A DNA stretch of 64,000 nucleotides from NCBI GenBank assembly GCA_910583945.1, contig CAJTYF010000004.1:3597-67596 (forward strand), in the 5' to 3' direction. Positions 8,820 to 18,318 of the stretch are shown here, piece after piece. Origin of the DNA: an uncultured Bacilli bacterium. GTDB taxonomy: Bacteria > Bacillota_I > Bacilli_A > RF39 > UBA660. The notes beneath the pieces are model-generated. The model had not been told where the DNA came from. It was given only the letters and a program-made list of their open reading frames with translations, and did no database searches. The position numbers were made by a program, and so were the translations under genes. Every line of letters begins with the position of its first letter. The stretch's first letter is position 1.

Positions 8820-9618
8820 TTAGATTTATTCATTTAATTCAAAGTTTTTCTTTTCTTCTTCTACAGCACTAATTAATTCTTGTTCTGTAGGTAAATGCAA
8901 TTTATAACTAGAAGAAAAAATATTTTTATTGGCTTCTGGTAGAGTATATTTTACAACAGTCTTGTTTTTCAATGTTGATAATAAAATACCAACAGTTGGA
9001 TTTTCATCGCAATTTTTTAAAATCTGTTTCTAAATAATCTGTATTTTCTTTAATATGAAGAAATTCTAAAACAAATGAATCTTTTACTAAATCTTTACTT
9101 GATTCTAAAACTTGACCTTTTTCAGCAAGATTTAAAATTTTTTCTTTATTAGTAGATAAGGCTAATCTTTCATATAATAGAGAACCGATTTGCCTCCCAA
9201 GTTCCCTAACACTCCATTTAGTATTTATACATTCATTGAATTAAAAATTCCTTTTAGTTTCTTCCTCTATCTTTATTAATTCCAAATAATGTGACCAACT
9301 TAATTGCGACGACACTGTTGTCGCAATTGGAAAATAAATATAAAACTTTCTCATTCTCTCTAAATTTCTTTTAGAAAATCCTTTGCCAAATTCATTCGTT
9401 AATTTTTGTGATAGTTTCTCCAAAACAGCATCACCATAACTTGCTCTTTCATCTCCCTGTTGGATTTCCATAATTGCCTTGCCAATATTCCAATAAAGCT
9501 TAAGCATTTCCGTATTTACAGCACTATATACTTTATTTCTACTATTAATAACTAATTCTTTTATATTATCAAATATAGTATTAATTTCATTATCATTTTT
9601 AATTAATTCATTGTCCAT
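8820..9618 (-). pseudogene. DUF1016/YhcG-like nuclease pseudogene (paralog of 6432..7436)
   Basis: Track ORF 9241..9618 (125 aa) encodes only the DUF1016 N-terminus (LKLYWNIGKAIME...). Hand translation of 8820-9240 on the minus strand yields the missing middle and C-terminal segments (ECINTKWSVRELGRQIGSLLYERLALS... and ...NCDENPTVGILLSTLKN...) in other frames, broken by stops. Confidence 0.55.
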
Positions 9619-9851
9619 TAATTGCCTCCAATTTTCAATTCAAATCATAAAGACTTCTTATGTCTAAATTATACTCTAAGTAAAACTCTTCCATACTCCA
9701 TATTCATTTTAACTTCTTTTAATTGTAATAAGGGAATTCTTTTAGTTAAACTTATGAAACTTGCTAGCTACCGATTATGTCAATATAAACTTAACTGATA
9801 AACGATTAACTATCGTAAATACTGTTTAAGATTCGATTGTTTTTTAAATAA

Positions 9852-9926
9852 ATCTATGCTATTTATAGTATTTGCTAGATTTCTATTTTTTGATTGTTTA
9901 TTTTAAAGATACAGTTTTTTTCTAAA
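9852..9926. repeat. ~70-bp direct repeat, copy 2 (partner at 7510-7580)
   Basis: See copy 1. This copy overlaps the 3' end of the HD-domain gene. Confidence 0.7.
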
Positions 9927-10534
9927 ATTTTTGCCATTTTTTTAGGAATTTCAAAGGGTTTTGCCCATTCTTTTTGAAGTAAGCTTAAGTCAATGTTTTC
10001 TAAAGTTTCATAATTTATAATTAAATTTTCTGCGGTTATTTCAATACTCACCTTTTTTATTTTTTGAACTTCTTTATTGATGTTATCTTGAATGGTGGAA
10101 TTTATGGTTCGATGATAAGTGATGTCTAATTTGTCAGCTAGGACTAAAGAAAGTCCTATAAATGAATTTATTTCATTTCCAGAGCCATGATCTTGAATCG
10201 CATGTTCTAAAATCTTTTTTTCTTCTTCCGTAACGTTTGTGTTTTCTAAGTATTTACGAAACATCTTACTACTTTTTACGGCGTGGTCTTTTTTGTTGGT
10301 ATCACTTTCACTTAAACCAATATCATGAAGTAAAGCGGCGGCCATACCTAAATCAATGGTTCGTTCATCAACTCCTAATTGTTCTAAAATAGTTTTAACG
10401 TACTCAGTGACTCTTTTGTAATGACCTAAACCATGTTCCCAATCCCATTTGCCATCGGTAATGAAATGTCTGTTGCCAATTTGTTCTGCAAGTTCTAAAT
10501 ATTCTTTATTATTTAAAATGCATTCATAAATCAT
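9875..10534 (-). CDS. HD-domain phosphohydrolase
   Basis: 219 aa. Has H..H (HGLGHYKRV) and HD (AALLHDIG) metal-binding motifs. Overlaps the upstream gene by 4 nt. Confidence 0.7.
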   Translation of the reverse strand: MIYECILNNKEYLELAEQIGNRHFITDGKWDWEHGLGHYKRVTEYVKTILEQLGVDERTIDLGMAAALLHDIGLSESDTNKKDHAVKSSKMFRKYLENTNVTEEEKKILEHAIQDHGSGNEINSFIGLSLVLADKLDITYHRTINSTIQDNINKEVQKIKKVSIEITAENLIINYETLENIDLSLLQKEWAKPFEIPKKMAKILEKNCIFKINNQKIEI

Positions 10535-11154
10535 TTTTCTACTCCTTCCATTTGTTTTATGTCTTCTAGAGTTTCAGGCCAATTTATTTTTTCTAAATAA
10601 ATTTTTGGACAATTGCCATTTTTAAAAGCAATACCAATATGATTTAAAGTACTAAAGTTCATTTCTCGTTGGTCATCGTAGTTTTTAAAATAGTCTTCTA
10701 TCTTTATTTGTTCATAATAATTCTCATCTAATTTTTGATTATCACTATAACTTAAATCATAGCCATAAAAGATTTCTTCAATTTGCGTAGCCAATTTTTC
10801 ATCATGTATATTTATTCGATAAATATCTTTAACTTTGGATAATTCTTTTATTTTGTCTCCTAAATTTATAAAAGGCGGATAGCGAAAGAAATAAATGTAA
10901 TAGGCACCATTTTGACCACGAAATTTTTTTAACGCTTCGATATAATCTTCTCTAGTTAAATTTTCTTTTCCATGGTATTCTTTTAATCTCCATTCATTTA
11001 TTATGCGTTGTTTATATTTTAAGACGTTTTTATCAAATTCTTTAAACATTTTATGATCGTACATATATTGTAAACTGTTTAAACCTTTACTTAAGTTGAC
11101 ATCTTTATTTACAAGGTGATAAAAATAAAGAGGCGTTTTTTGATTTGTATCCAT
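10531..11154 (-). CDS. hypothetical protein
   Basis: 207-aa ORF translationally coupled to the HD-domain gene. No motif recognised. Confidence 0.5.
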   Translation of the reverse strand: MDTNQKTPLYFYHLVNKDVNLSKGLNSLQYMYDHKMFKEFDKNVLKYKQRIINEWRLKEYHGKENLTREDYIEALKKFRGQNGAYYIYFFRYPPFINLGDKIKELSKVKDIYRINIHDEKLATQIEEIFYGYDLSYSDNQKLDENYYEQIKIEDYFKNYDDQREMNFSTLNHIGIAFKNGNCPKIYLEKINWPETLEDIKQMEGVEK

Positions 11155-11202
11155 ATTGCTTTTCCTTTCTTCTTATCTACTATTTTTACATCATTCTTTT
11201 GA

Positions 11203-12072
11203 TTATTTTAAAACTAATTTTAAGGCGTTTGTATCATGACCAAAAACGTTTCTAGCATTTATTCTTGCCATTAAAATAGATTTTGTTATACATAATTTAG
11301 AGTTTGTCATGATAATGTCTTGTTGATTTTTATCTACAATAAATTTTTCTAAGGCTATTACATAATCATTCTCTATTTTGTGGTAATGATTAACCGAATA
11401 TATACGACTTAAATATTCTAAAGCAATTTCAATAGCGTATTTTTTATTTTCATCCGTTCCGTTATAAAACATCACAGGATTTTTCTTCTTATCGTAATTC
11501 AAAACAAAAAAATTAGTTAATATAAAATCAAGTTCTTTAACATTTTCTACTCTTTTCTTCTTTAAGCCTGATTCATCCATTTTCACAAAAAATTGGTAAT
11601 TTTTTTTATTTTTTAATTTTTCAAAAACTTTAAGTGCTTCTCTATCTTGAAATTCGATTCTGTCTTTTAAAATAAAAGTTTCTATTCGATCTAGAGTATT
11701 GTTATCTAGTTGATTTGTTTCAAAATCATGAAGATGATTCAAATAAAATAATAAAAGATTTCCTACTTTATGATACGTTTTGACAAATTCTTGATATTTA
11801 TTAGACAATTGACTATAGTATAAGGGGTCTTTTTTTTCAAAGTAACCAGCTATAAACGCATTGAAAGCTTTATGAGCGTGCACGTAAAAATTTTTTAACT
11901 CTTCTTCATTTAGTCCTAAATCTAGATAATACAAAAATTCTTCTTTTATTTGCTCCAGATAATCACTTTCTTCTTGCATTTTTTTTATAAATTCTAATGT
12001 TTCATCAAAAAATTTTTTTTGTTCTTTCTTTGGTTCTTCTTTTAAAAAAGAAAGCTGTTTTATTTTTTCCAT
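11203..12072 (-). CDS. hypothetical protein
   Basis: 289-aa ORF lying 48 nt upstream of the previous gene on the same strand. No motif recognised. Confidence 0.5.
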   Translation of the reverse strand: MEKIKQLSFLKEEPKKEQKKFFDETLEFIKKMQEESDYLEQIKEEFLYYLDLGLNEEELKNFYVHAHKAFNAFIAGYFEKKDPLYYSQLSNKYQEFVKTYHKVGNLLLFYLNHLHDFETNQLDNNTLDRIETFILKDRIEFQDREALKVFEKLKNKKNYQFFVKMDESGLKKKRVENVKELDFILTNFFVLNYDKKKNPVMFYNGTDENKKYAIEIALEYLSRIYSVNHYHKIENDYVIALEKFIVDKNQQDIIMTNSKLCITKSILMARINARNVFGHDTNALKLVLK

Positions 12073-12156
12073 AATCTCACCTTGTTGAATAGCTTCTATT
12101 ATATTTATAACTTGTCAGAAAGGCAATAAAAAAAAATAGTCATTTTTAAAATTTTA

Positions 12157-13038
12157 CTATTCTTTTATTTTATCAAAGTAAACATCGAAGTCTTTTTTTG
12201 ATTCTGTTTCGATAGCTTTTATCAATTCTTCTTTGTAAGATTCTTTAAAACCTTTAAAAGTTTGGTTTCCTATGATGGTATAAGGAACACCTTTAATGGT
12301 ATCGTTCATTTGGCGAGCAAATAATTCTAAATTTTCCTTATTTTCTTTGTTGTACCAAACTTCAAAAGGGTATAAGTTATAAAGTTTGCCGTAGTCTTCC
12401 TTTATACTTTCAAAAAATTTAAATTCTTCTTCACAGTGAGGACATCCGTCTCCCCAAAAGAAATAGATATTCACTTTGTTTTTTTCTTTTTTTACATTTT
12501 CTAAATGAACATTTTTGGATGGTGCTGGTGTTTCTTCAGCCTCTGTTTCATTAGAAACGGATGAATTCTTGTTTATTTCTTTTAAATGAATATATTTTGT
12601 AAACCAACTTTTAAAGCCTTCTTTGCTTTCATAAAAACGTAAGTCTTCCTCTTTATTGGCTTCTAAAAAGTCTATTCTTTTTCCATTTTCAAATAGAATA
12701 AATGAAGGATAATAATTTATTTTATCTCCAACTTTCAGTTCTTTTAATTTTGAAAAAGCAATTTTATAAATAGTAACTTTATTTTCTTCTAAAAACTCAT
12801 TTAATACGCTTTCAAAATCAGAAGAAGTGATGCACATTGGCTGGTAAACAAAAACGGCAAAGCTTTCTTTTTCGTTGATTAATTTTTCTAATTCTTGCCC
12901 TTCTATCTCGATTATTTTATTTTCTCCGTAATATTTTTCTTCTAAATCAAAGGTTTTATTTTTCGGTTTCAAGATGGAAAAAAGAGAGAGAACCACTCCT
13001 ATTAATAAAATAGGGAGAATAATTTTCCATTTTTTCAT
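12157..13038 (-). CDS. membrane-anchored thioredoxin-like protein (two Trx-like modules)
   Basis: 293 aa. N-terminal TM (KIILPILLIGVVLSLFSIL). CPHC redox motif (WGDGCPHCEEE) in the C-terminal module. The first module has QPMCITS in place of CxxC. Confidence 0.55.
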   Translation of the reverse strand: MKKWKIILPILLIGVVLSLFSILKPKNKTFDLEEKYYGENKIIEIEGQELEKLINEKESFAVFVYQPMCITSSDFESVLNEFLEENKVTIYKIAFSKLKELKVGDKINYYPSFILFENGKRIDFLEANKEEDLRFYESKEGFKSWFTKYIHLKEINKNSSVSNETEAEETPAPSKNVHLENVKKEKNKVNIYFFWGDGCPHCEEEFKFFESIKEDYGKLYNLYPFEVWYNKENKENLELFARQMNDTIKGVPYTIIGNQTFKGFKESYKEELIKAIETESKKDFDVYFDKIKE

Positions 13039-13745
13039 TTTTTCACCTTTGTTAAGACATCAAAATCAATATTATAATAAGGCACTTTGCTAAAATCATA
13101 CACATCTTTTCCGTCTTTTGTTCTTTTTACTTCAATGGCATGGTTGCCTTTATAATACCAGTAGCCGCCGATGTCACGAACGCGTTCTTTATCCCAACCT
13201 AAAGCAATTAATAACTCTTTAACTTGACCCGCATAGCCACCAGCTCCACACATGATAAAAATATTTTTATCTTTTGGGAAGATGGCTTCTAAAATGGATA
13301 AAGATTCTTCATAATTGGCTGTGTAGCTCCCATCTTCTTCTAATGTATATAACGTTTCTCCCGTGTACAAACCACTTACGTTTTCACGCTTTTTTTGTTC
13401 AATGTATTCATCAGTAAAACCCGCTAGATAAACCGATGGAATGACTTCAAATCCTTCAATGTATCCACTTAAGTAACGATCGCCACCTTTATTTTCCCAA
13501 GTAGCGGTATCAACAAGCATTCTCACATCACGATAAACGGTATCGGTACGATTTAAATACTCGTCAATGGTGGTTTCATCAATGTTTTTATCTATTCCAT
13601 ATTTTCCTCGCAATCCTTCTGCTAATTCAGCTTTAGGTAAGGGCTCTTCAATAGTTCCTTTTTCTTTGAATACAAAATGAGTAAATACTCCTCCCCCTAC
13701 AAAACAAACTATCATTACTAAAATTAATATTATATTTTTTTTCAT
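13035..13745 (-). CDS. membrane-anchored protein with a possible rhodanese-like domain
   Basis: 236 aa. N-terminal TM. IFIMCGAGGYAGQ resembles a rhodanese active-site loop (weak). Overlaps the downstream gene by 4 nt. Confidence 0.4.
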   Translation of the reverse strand: MKKNIILILVMIVCFVGGGVFTHFVFKEKGTIEEPLPKAELAEGLRGKYGIDKNIDETTIDEYLNRTDTVYRDVRMLVDTATWENKGGDRYLSGYIEGFEVIPSVYLAGFTDEYIEQKKRENVSGLYTGETLYTLEEDGSYTANYEESLSILEAIFPKDKNIFIMCGAGGYAGQVKELLIALGWDKERVRDIGGYWYYKGNHAIEVKRTKDGKDVYDFSKVPYYNIDFDVLTKVKK

Positions 13746-13835
13746 TTTCTTCCTCCTTCTGTTTTTAATTTAAAGAAAAAAAGAGAAAATGGCAATCGTC
13801 TTTTGGTTTAATCCGCTCAACTTTAAGTTGATTTT

Positions 13836-14537
13836 TTAAGAACAACTTTTTAGCGTTAAAGGAATGGTGTACGTTCTGTTTTTCTCATCTTTTGTTGTTG
13901 CTTTTATGGAAATAAATAAACTCTCTTCTTTATAAAATTCACAAACTTTTTTATAATTATCAACAGAAAAAGTGACTTCTTGTAAAAATTTTTCTAACGT
14001 AATGGTATTGAGTCCTTCGTATTTATAAGCACTAATTTTCTTTTCTATTTCTTCGTTTGATTCGTATAAAGTACATTCAATCGTTTGATATTCCTCTTCA
14101 TTAACTTCTCCACAATATTCAATGTTTGAAATATAAATGGCGGATTTGTTTTCGTTATAGGCTATGTTTCCAGAAATGTTAAAGTTTTTACATTCAGAGG
14201 AAAGGGTTTTAAATTGAAAATCGTTTTTATTTTGATTCCATATCTTAAAAAGAACGACTGTAAAAAGAATTAGAGAAAGTGTCACTAAAATAATTAAGAG
14301 ACTTTTTTTATTCTTTCGATTTGGTGTTTTCCTTTCTCCATCAAATAATTCTTCTAAACTAATATTAAAATCTTTGCTTATTTGTCTTATTAAAATCATA
14401 TCTGGCATGTTTAAGCCACGTTCCCATTTGCTGACGGCTTGGAATGTTACATGGTATTTTTCAGCCAATTGTTTTTGAGTTAAATGATTTGTTTTTCTTA
14501 TTTCTTTAATTAATTGACCAAATTTTTCTTGATTCAT
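13836..14537 (-). CDS. XRE-family HTH regulator with TM segment and extracytoplasmic domain
   Basis: 233 aa. LTQKQLAEKYHVTFQAVSKWERG is a Cro/C1-type HTH. It is followed by a hydrophobic span (LLIILVTLSLILFTVVLF) and a ~130-aa C-terminal domain. Confidence 0.65.
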   Translation of the reverse strand: MNQEKFGQLIKEIRKTNHLTQKQLAEKYHVTFQAVSKWERGLNMPDMILIRQISKDFNISLEELFDGERKTPNRKNKKSLLIILVTLSLILFTVVLFKIWNQNKNDFQFKTLSSECKNFNISGNIAYNENKSAIYISNIEYCGEVNEEEYQTIECTLYESNEEIEKKISAYKYEGLNTITLEKFLQEVTFSVDNYKKVCEFYKEESLFISIKATTKDEKNRTYTIPLTLKSCS

Positions 14538-14748
14538 AAACTTTTTACTCCTCTTAAGATTTCTTTTATTATACTATTAATTATAAATAATTCACTAAAT
14601 ATTTTCATTTTTTATGGACTCAATAATATTGGTATTTTTTATTTTTTTAACACTGTACCTCATCACTATTAAAATGATAACTAAAACACATAATGTTGCA
14701 AGTATTAGGTATTTTGTAGGAAAAAGCATGATTAGTGCATTTTTTTTG

Positions 14749-17109
14749 CTATTTAATTTCGAAACTTCTATTAGAAGATAAATTAGAGTTAAAGAAATCG
14801 GGTAGGCCTATCATTAACGTTTTAATTATTAAAAAGAAACTTTCGAGTTGAATCATTTTGTTTAAATTTTTCTGACTCATTCCTAGACTTCTTAAAATCG
14901 AAAATTCCATTCTTCTTAGGTTGATGTTTGAACTTAGGGTATTAAACATACTTAAAATACTTATTAATGCTATAAATAAAAGAATAAAGTAAAGGAGACC
15001 TTTTATAACAAGGTAAAGTAAATAGATTTCGTAATTTTCTAGTGCTCGATTTTCATATTGAATATGATTTGAGGCGTATTTCTTTACAATTTGATTTATT
15101 TCATCGTCTAATTTTTTAAATTTTCGACTATTTATTTCTATTTTCCAATATTTCTTTAAATAGTCTTCATAAGTTTCATTGGTGATACTACTAAAATTTT
15201 TGGTATTTTTACTAATAAAGTTGGTGACTAGATAATTAAATTGTTTTAAGTCTACAACTAATGTCAGTGTATTAAATTTGTTTAAGTAATTCTTATTGGT
15301 TAAGTATAGATTTTCTAAAGTTAAATACGGCTCATGTGTAATATACTGAGTTGTATTTTCTTGGTCCTGGATTTCTATTTCACAAATTTTTATTCTTTCC
15401 AGATTGTCTTTAAAGGCTTCAATTGTTTCGCTTTCATTATTTTTTTCAATTTCTTTTAAGTTATACAGAATCATTCGGTCGTCTTTTAATCCTAATTCTT
15501 TTTTATATTTTTGATAATTTTCTTCATCTAAACCTACTAAAGAAAGAGTATGATAATGATTGTTTTGATTTAAATACTCTGGGTTAAGAAATTCTTCTTC
15601 CCCTTGAAAATAAAGAAAAGCTATTTTTGATTCTACATAGTCATCCATTAATTTTATATTTTTAATTTCTTCAATAATTTTTTGATTGTCTTTTTCCTCA
15701 TTATCAAATAAAGTAATGTCTATATCAAAAGAATGATGAAAGGTGTTTTTTGTTTGTTCTAAAAAATAATTTATAAAAGTAGAGCCAACAATAAATAAAA
15801 CAAAACTTATGGTTAGCGAGGTGGTAATGAGCAAGAATTTATTACTGTTTCTTTTAATGTTTTTATAAGCCAGTTCTCCAATGGCTCCACTTATTTTTTT
15901 TATTAGGGGATAACTGAATTTTTTTATTTTTAAATTGGTTTCGGTGTTTCTGATTGTTTGAATGGGTGGAACATGACTTGCTGTTTTGGCGGGTTTTCTA
16001 ACGGATAGAAAAATGGTTAGGATGATAAATAAAACGGAGAAAATGAGAAAAGAGATTTCTAAATTTAATTTAAATGGAAGCGGTAATATTGTTTTTAATG
16101 TTTGATTTATAAATAAAAGAATGAGTTCCATTAGCCCTAAGCTTAATCCAAAACCAATTATGATTCCTAAGGATCCTACTAAGCTAGCTTCATAAAGGAG
16201 CATTTTATAAATCTGTTTTTTTGTGGCTCCTATACATTTTAGTCTTCCTAGTTCCTTTTTTCTTTCTATTAGGGAATTTTCAAATGAATTGTAAATGATT
16301 AAAAAGCAAAAAACACTCATAATAGATAGAACAATCCCTAAATAGAAATAAATACGAAATTGATCTAATTTGTTTTGATACGCTCCATAAGCCACTAATA
16401 AGCTCGTATTTATGTTGGTATTTTTAAAAGATTCACTTTTGTTTTTCACTTCACGTTCTAAATTTAACTTAGTAGCGGTCTTCTCAATTTTATCATAAAT
16501 ATTAAAATAACTTTTATAGGTAATAAAAAAATAAGTATGAGCGTTAGATTGATCCAGAAACTCTTTTGTGAAGGCTACAGGTTTATAAATGCTTTTTAAC
16601 GTATCATAATGGTATTCTTGAATTAATTTATTCTCGTTATAAATTCCAACTATTTTATAGTTATGCATCATTCCTTCAAGATCAAGATTCATTTCTTGAG
16701 CCAGATTGTTTGATATTAGGATTTCATTATTATTCTGGGGCTCGCTTCCTTTTATTAGGGTTACATATTCTTTTAGCTCTTCATTGTAGGTAAAAATGTT
16801 TAAAACGGTGTCTTCGTTATTGTTTAATTTAATGGGAATTTCTTCTTTTTTCTGGGTGCATTTAATTGATTTTATCTTTTTGTCTTCTTGGAAAATTTTT
16901 ATAGATTGATAGTCTAAATCTTCAAATTGAACATGGAAATCGCCGCTACTTTTTAAGGCTTCCGTGATGTTTTGTTTTCTTATTGTAGAGGCACCTATAC
17001 CAATAAAGAATAACAACATTGATGTTAAAATGATACTTATTAAAGTCATTTTGGTTCTTTTTTTATTTAACTTTAATTGTTTATTGGTTAGTGTAATCAA
17101 TGTTTTCAT
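14749..17109 (-). CDS. FtsX-family ABC transporter permease (BceB/MacB-like), 3' end frameshifted
   Basis: 786 aa. FtsX signature ELGRLKCIGATKKQIYKMLLYEASLVGSLGIIIGFGL and a second FtsX module near the C-terminus. After ...TLMIGLP the expected C-terminal tail (ISLTLIYLLIEVSKLN...YSVKKIKNTNIIESIKNENI) continues in another frame down to ~14587, implying a frameshift near 14810. No cognate ABC ATPase gene is adjacent. Confidence 0.6.
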   Translation of the reverse strand: MKTLITLTNKQLKLNKKRTKMTLISIILTSMLLFFIGIGASTIRKQNITEALKSSGDFHVQFEDLDYQSIKIFQEDKKIKSIKCTQKKEEIPIKLNNNEDTVLNIFTYNEELKEYVTLIKGSEPQNNNEILISNNLAQEMNLDLEGMMHNYKIVGIYNENKLIQEYHYDTLKSIYKPVAFTKEFLDQSNAHTYFFITYKSYFNIYDKIEKTATKLNLEREVKNKSESFKNTNINTSLLVAYGAYQNKLDQFRIYFYLGIVLSIMSVFCFLIIYNSFENSLIERKKELGRLKCIGATKKQIYKMLLYEASLVGSLGIIIGFGLSLGLMELILLFINQTLKTILPLPFKLNLEISFLIFSVLFIILTIFLSVRKPAKTASHVPPIQTIRNTETNLKIKKFSYPLIKKISGAIGELAYKNIKRNSNKFLLITTSLTISFVLFIVGSTFINYFLEQTKNTFHHSFDIDITLFDNEEKDNQKIIEEIKNIKLMDDYVESKIAFLYFQGEEEFLNPEYLNQNNHYHTLSLVGLDEENYQKYKKELGLKDDRMILYNLKEIEKNNESETIEAFKDNLERIKICEIEIQDQENTTQYITHEPYLTLENLYLTNKNYLNKFNTLTLVVDLKQFNYLVTNFISKNTKNFSSITNETYEDYLKKYWKIEINSRKFKKLDDEINQIVKKYASNHIQYENRALENYEIYLLYLVIKGLLYFILLFIALISILSMFNTLSSNINLRRMEFSILRSLGMSQKNLNKMIQLESFFLIIKTLMIGLPDFFNSNLSSNRSFEIK

Positions 17110-17200
17110 TATAATACTCTTTTCTTTATTTATTATAATTAATTTTTGTTCTAAATTCTATTAAAAAAGAAATCATTTTTTTGATTTTGATTTCCTTCTT

Positions 17201-18193
17201 TTATTTTCGATTCTTTTTTAGAATTTCTAAATATTGATTTTGGTATTTTTTTAAAACTAAGTCTTCTTTTCCCCGAACCATAGCTATAAAGTTTAATCTT
17301 CCTTCTATTACTTTTTTTAATTCTTTAATCAGTTTATTTTTATGTATATTTTGACAATCGTCCTTTTCATCTTTTTTAAAATAATTTAAAGCGGTCGCAT
17401 AAAGCCCCTCTTTTTCACAATGATTCAGTAATGCTCTTAATTTCTTTATGTAAATTTTTTTTACGTTTACCTTTTCATTAACAATTAAACCTGTCACTTC
17501 TTTTCTCTCCCGTTGCCAACTATAATTGGTTTTGGTTTCATTGATGGTAAAGCCACTTCTTTCGATTAATTTTCGTAATTCTTGGCCAAGTATAACTTCG
17601 TTGTCATGATTTCTTTTGACAATTTTTTCAGAAAAAAGGGTTGGACTCGATAAAGTGATATCATCCGCGTATCTTGTATAATGAAATTGATACTGTTCAC
17701 TTAAATGAAGTATTTTTTTATCTAATGAATAACACACAATATTTGAAAGACTGGGTGAGGCTGGTGACCCTTGAGGGAGTGCATTGTGAAAACAGGAAAG
17801 GTTTGCCAGAATGGTTGCGACTTCTTTTGGTAAATTAAATGGCTGGTTCATAAAAATGCCTCGAACACGTCCAAAATGAATGGAGGGAAAGAAATCTTTT
17901 AAATCAATATTTAAAATGTATCCCGCTTTACTATGAATAATAGCATTATCTACAATATTTTTACCTTTGATAAAGCCATATTGACATTCTAAAAAAGTAT
18001 ATTTTTTATCAATATACTCTTTTATTTTTTCTTGTACTTTTTTTAGATTCCAATCAGGTGATGCAATGGTACGATATCCGCCACTTCGTTTTGGCAATTT
18101 AAATGTGTAGTATTTACCTTTTGTTAAAGCTTCATTCAATACTTCCTCATCAATATCTAAAATATAGCTTACATAATTTTTAGGATTTTTCAT
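17201..18193 (-). CDS. retron-type reverse transcriptase
   Basis: 330 aa. RT motifs LPQGSPASPSLSNI and YADD (RYADDITL). Retron hallmarks NAxxH (VDNAIIHS) before motif 1 and VTG (RKEVTGLIVN) after motif 7. The size is typical of retron RTs. Confidence 0.75.
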   Translation of the reverse strand: MKNPKNYVSYILDIDEEVLNEALTKGKYYTFKLPKRSGGYRTIASPDWNLKKVQEKIKEYIDKKYTFLECQYGFIKGKNIVDNAIIHSKAGYILNIDLKDFFPSIHFGRVRGIFMNQPFNLPKEVATILANLSCFHNALPQGSPASPSLSNIVCYSLDKKILHLSEQYQFHYTRYADDITLSSPTLFSEKIVKRNHDNEVILGQELRKLIERSGFTINETKTNYSWQRERKEVTGLIVNEKVNVKKIYIKKLRALLNHCEKEGLYATALNYFKKDEKDDCQNIHKNKLIKELKKVIEGRLNFIAMVRGKEDLVLKKYQNQYLEILKKNRK

Positions 18194-18318
18194 ACTAATT
18201 CCTCGAATTCTAACATTATTGATAAACCCGTAAGAGGTTTTACATATCGTAAGATATGTATTGTTTATACATTTTAATAGTCACTGCGAAACGCTCGTGA
18301 TAGGCAATTCTTATTTCA
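18194..18318 (-). ncRNA. candidate retron msr-msd non-coding RNA (structured leader upstream of the RT)
   Basis: A 125-nt non-coding gap between the ATPase stop (18319-18321) and the RT ATG (18191-18193). It holds two adjacent hairpins with the same CGTAAG loop (TACATAT-CGTAAG-ATATGTA at 18241-18260 and AAACC-CGTAAG-AGGTTT at 18224-18240). GCGAAACGC is at 18286-18294. Exact ncRNA bounds are unknown. Confidence 0.35.

Noticed and set aside
17201-18193. Alternative assignments of the RT (group II intron maturase, DGR RT, Abi RT)
   Set aside because: At 330 aa with no maturase/X or endonuclease domain it is too small for a group II intron protein. Motif 4 is the LPQGSP type, not the DGR IGNLTSQ type. 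The NAxxH and VTG motifs are the retron hallmarks. Retron is therefore the best-supported class, though not proven without the ncRNA.
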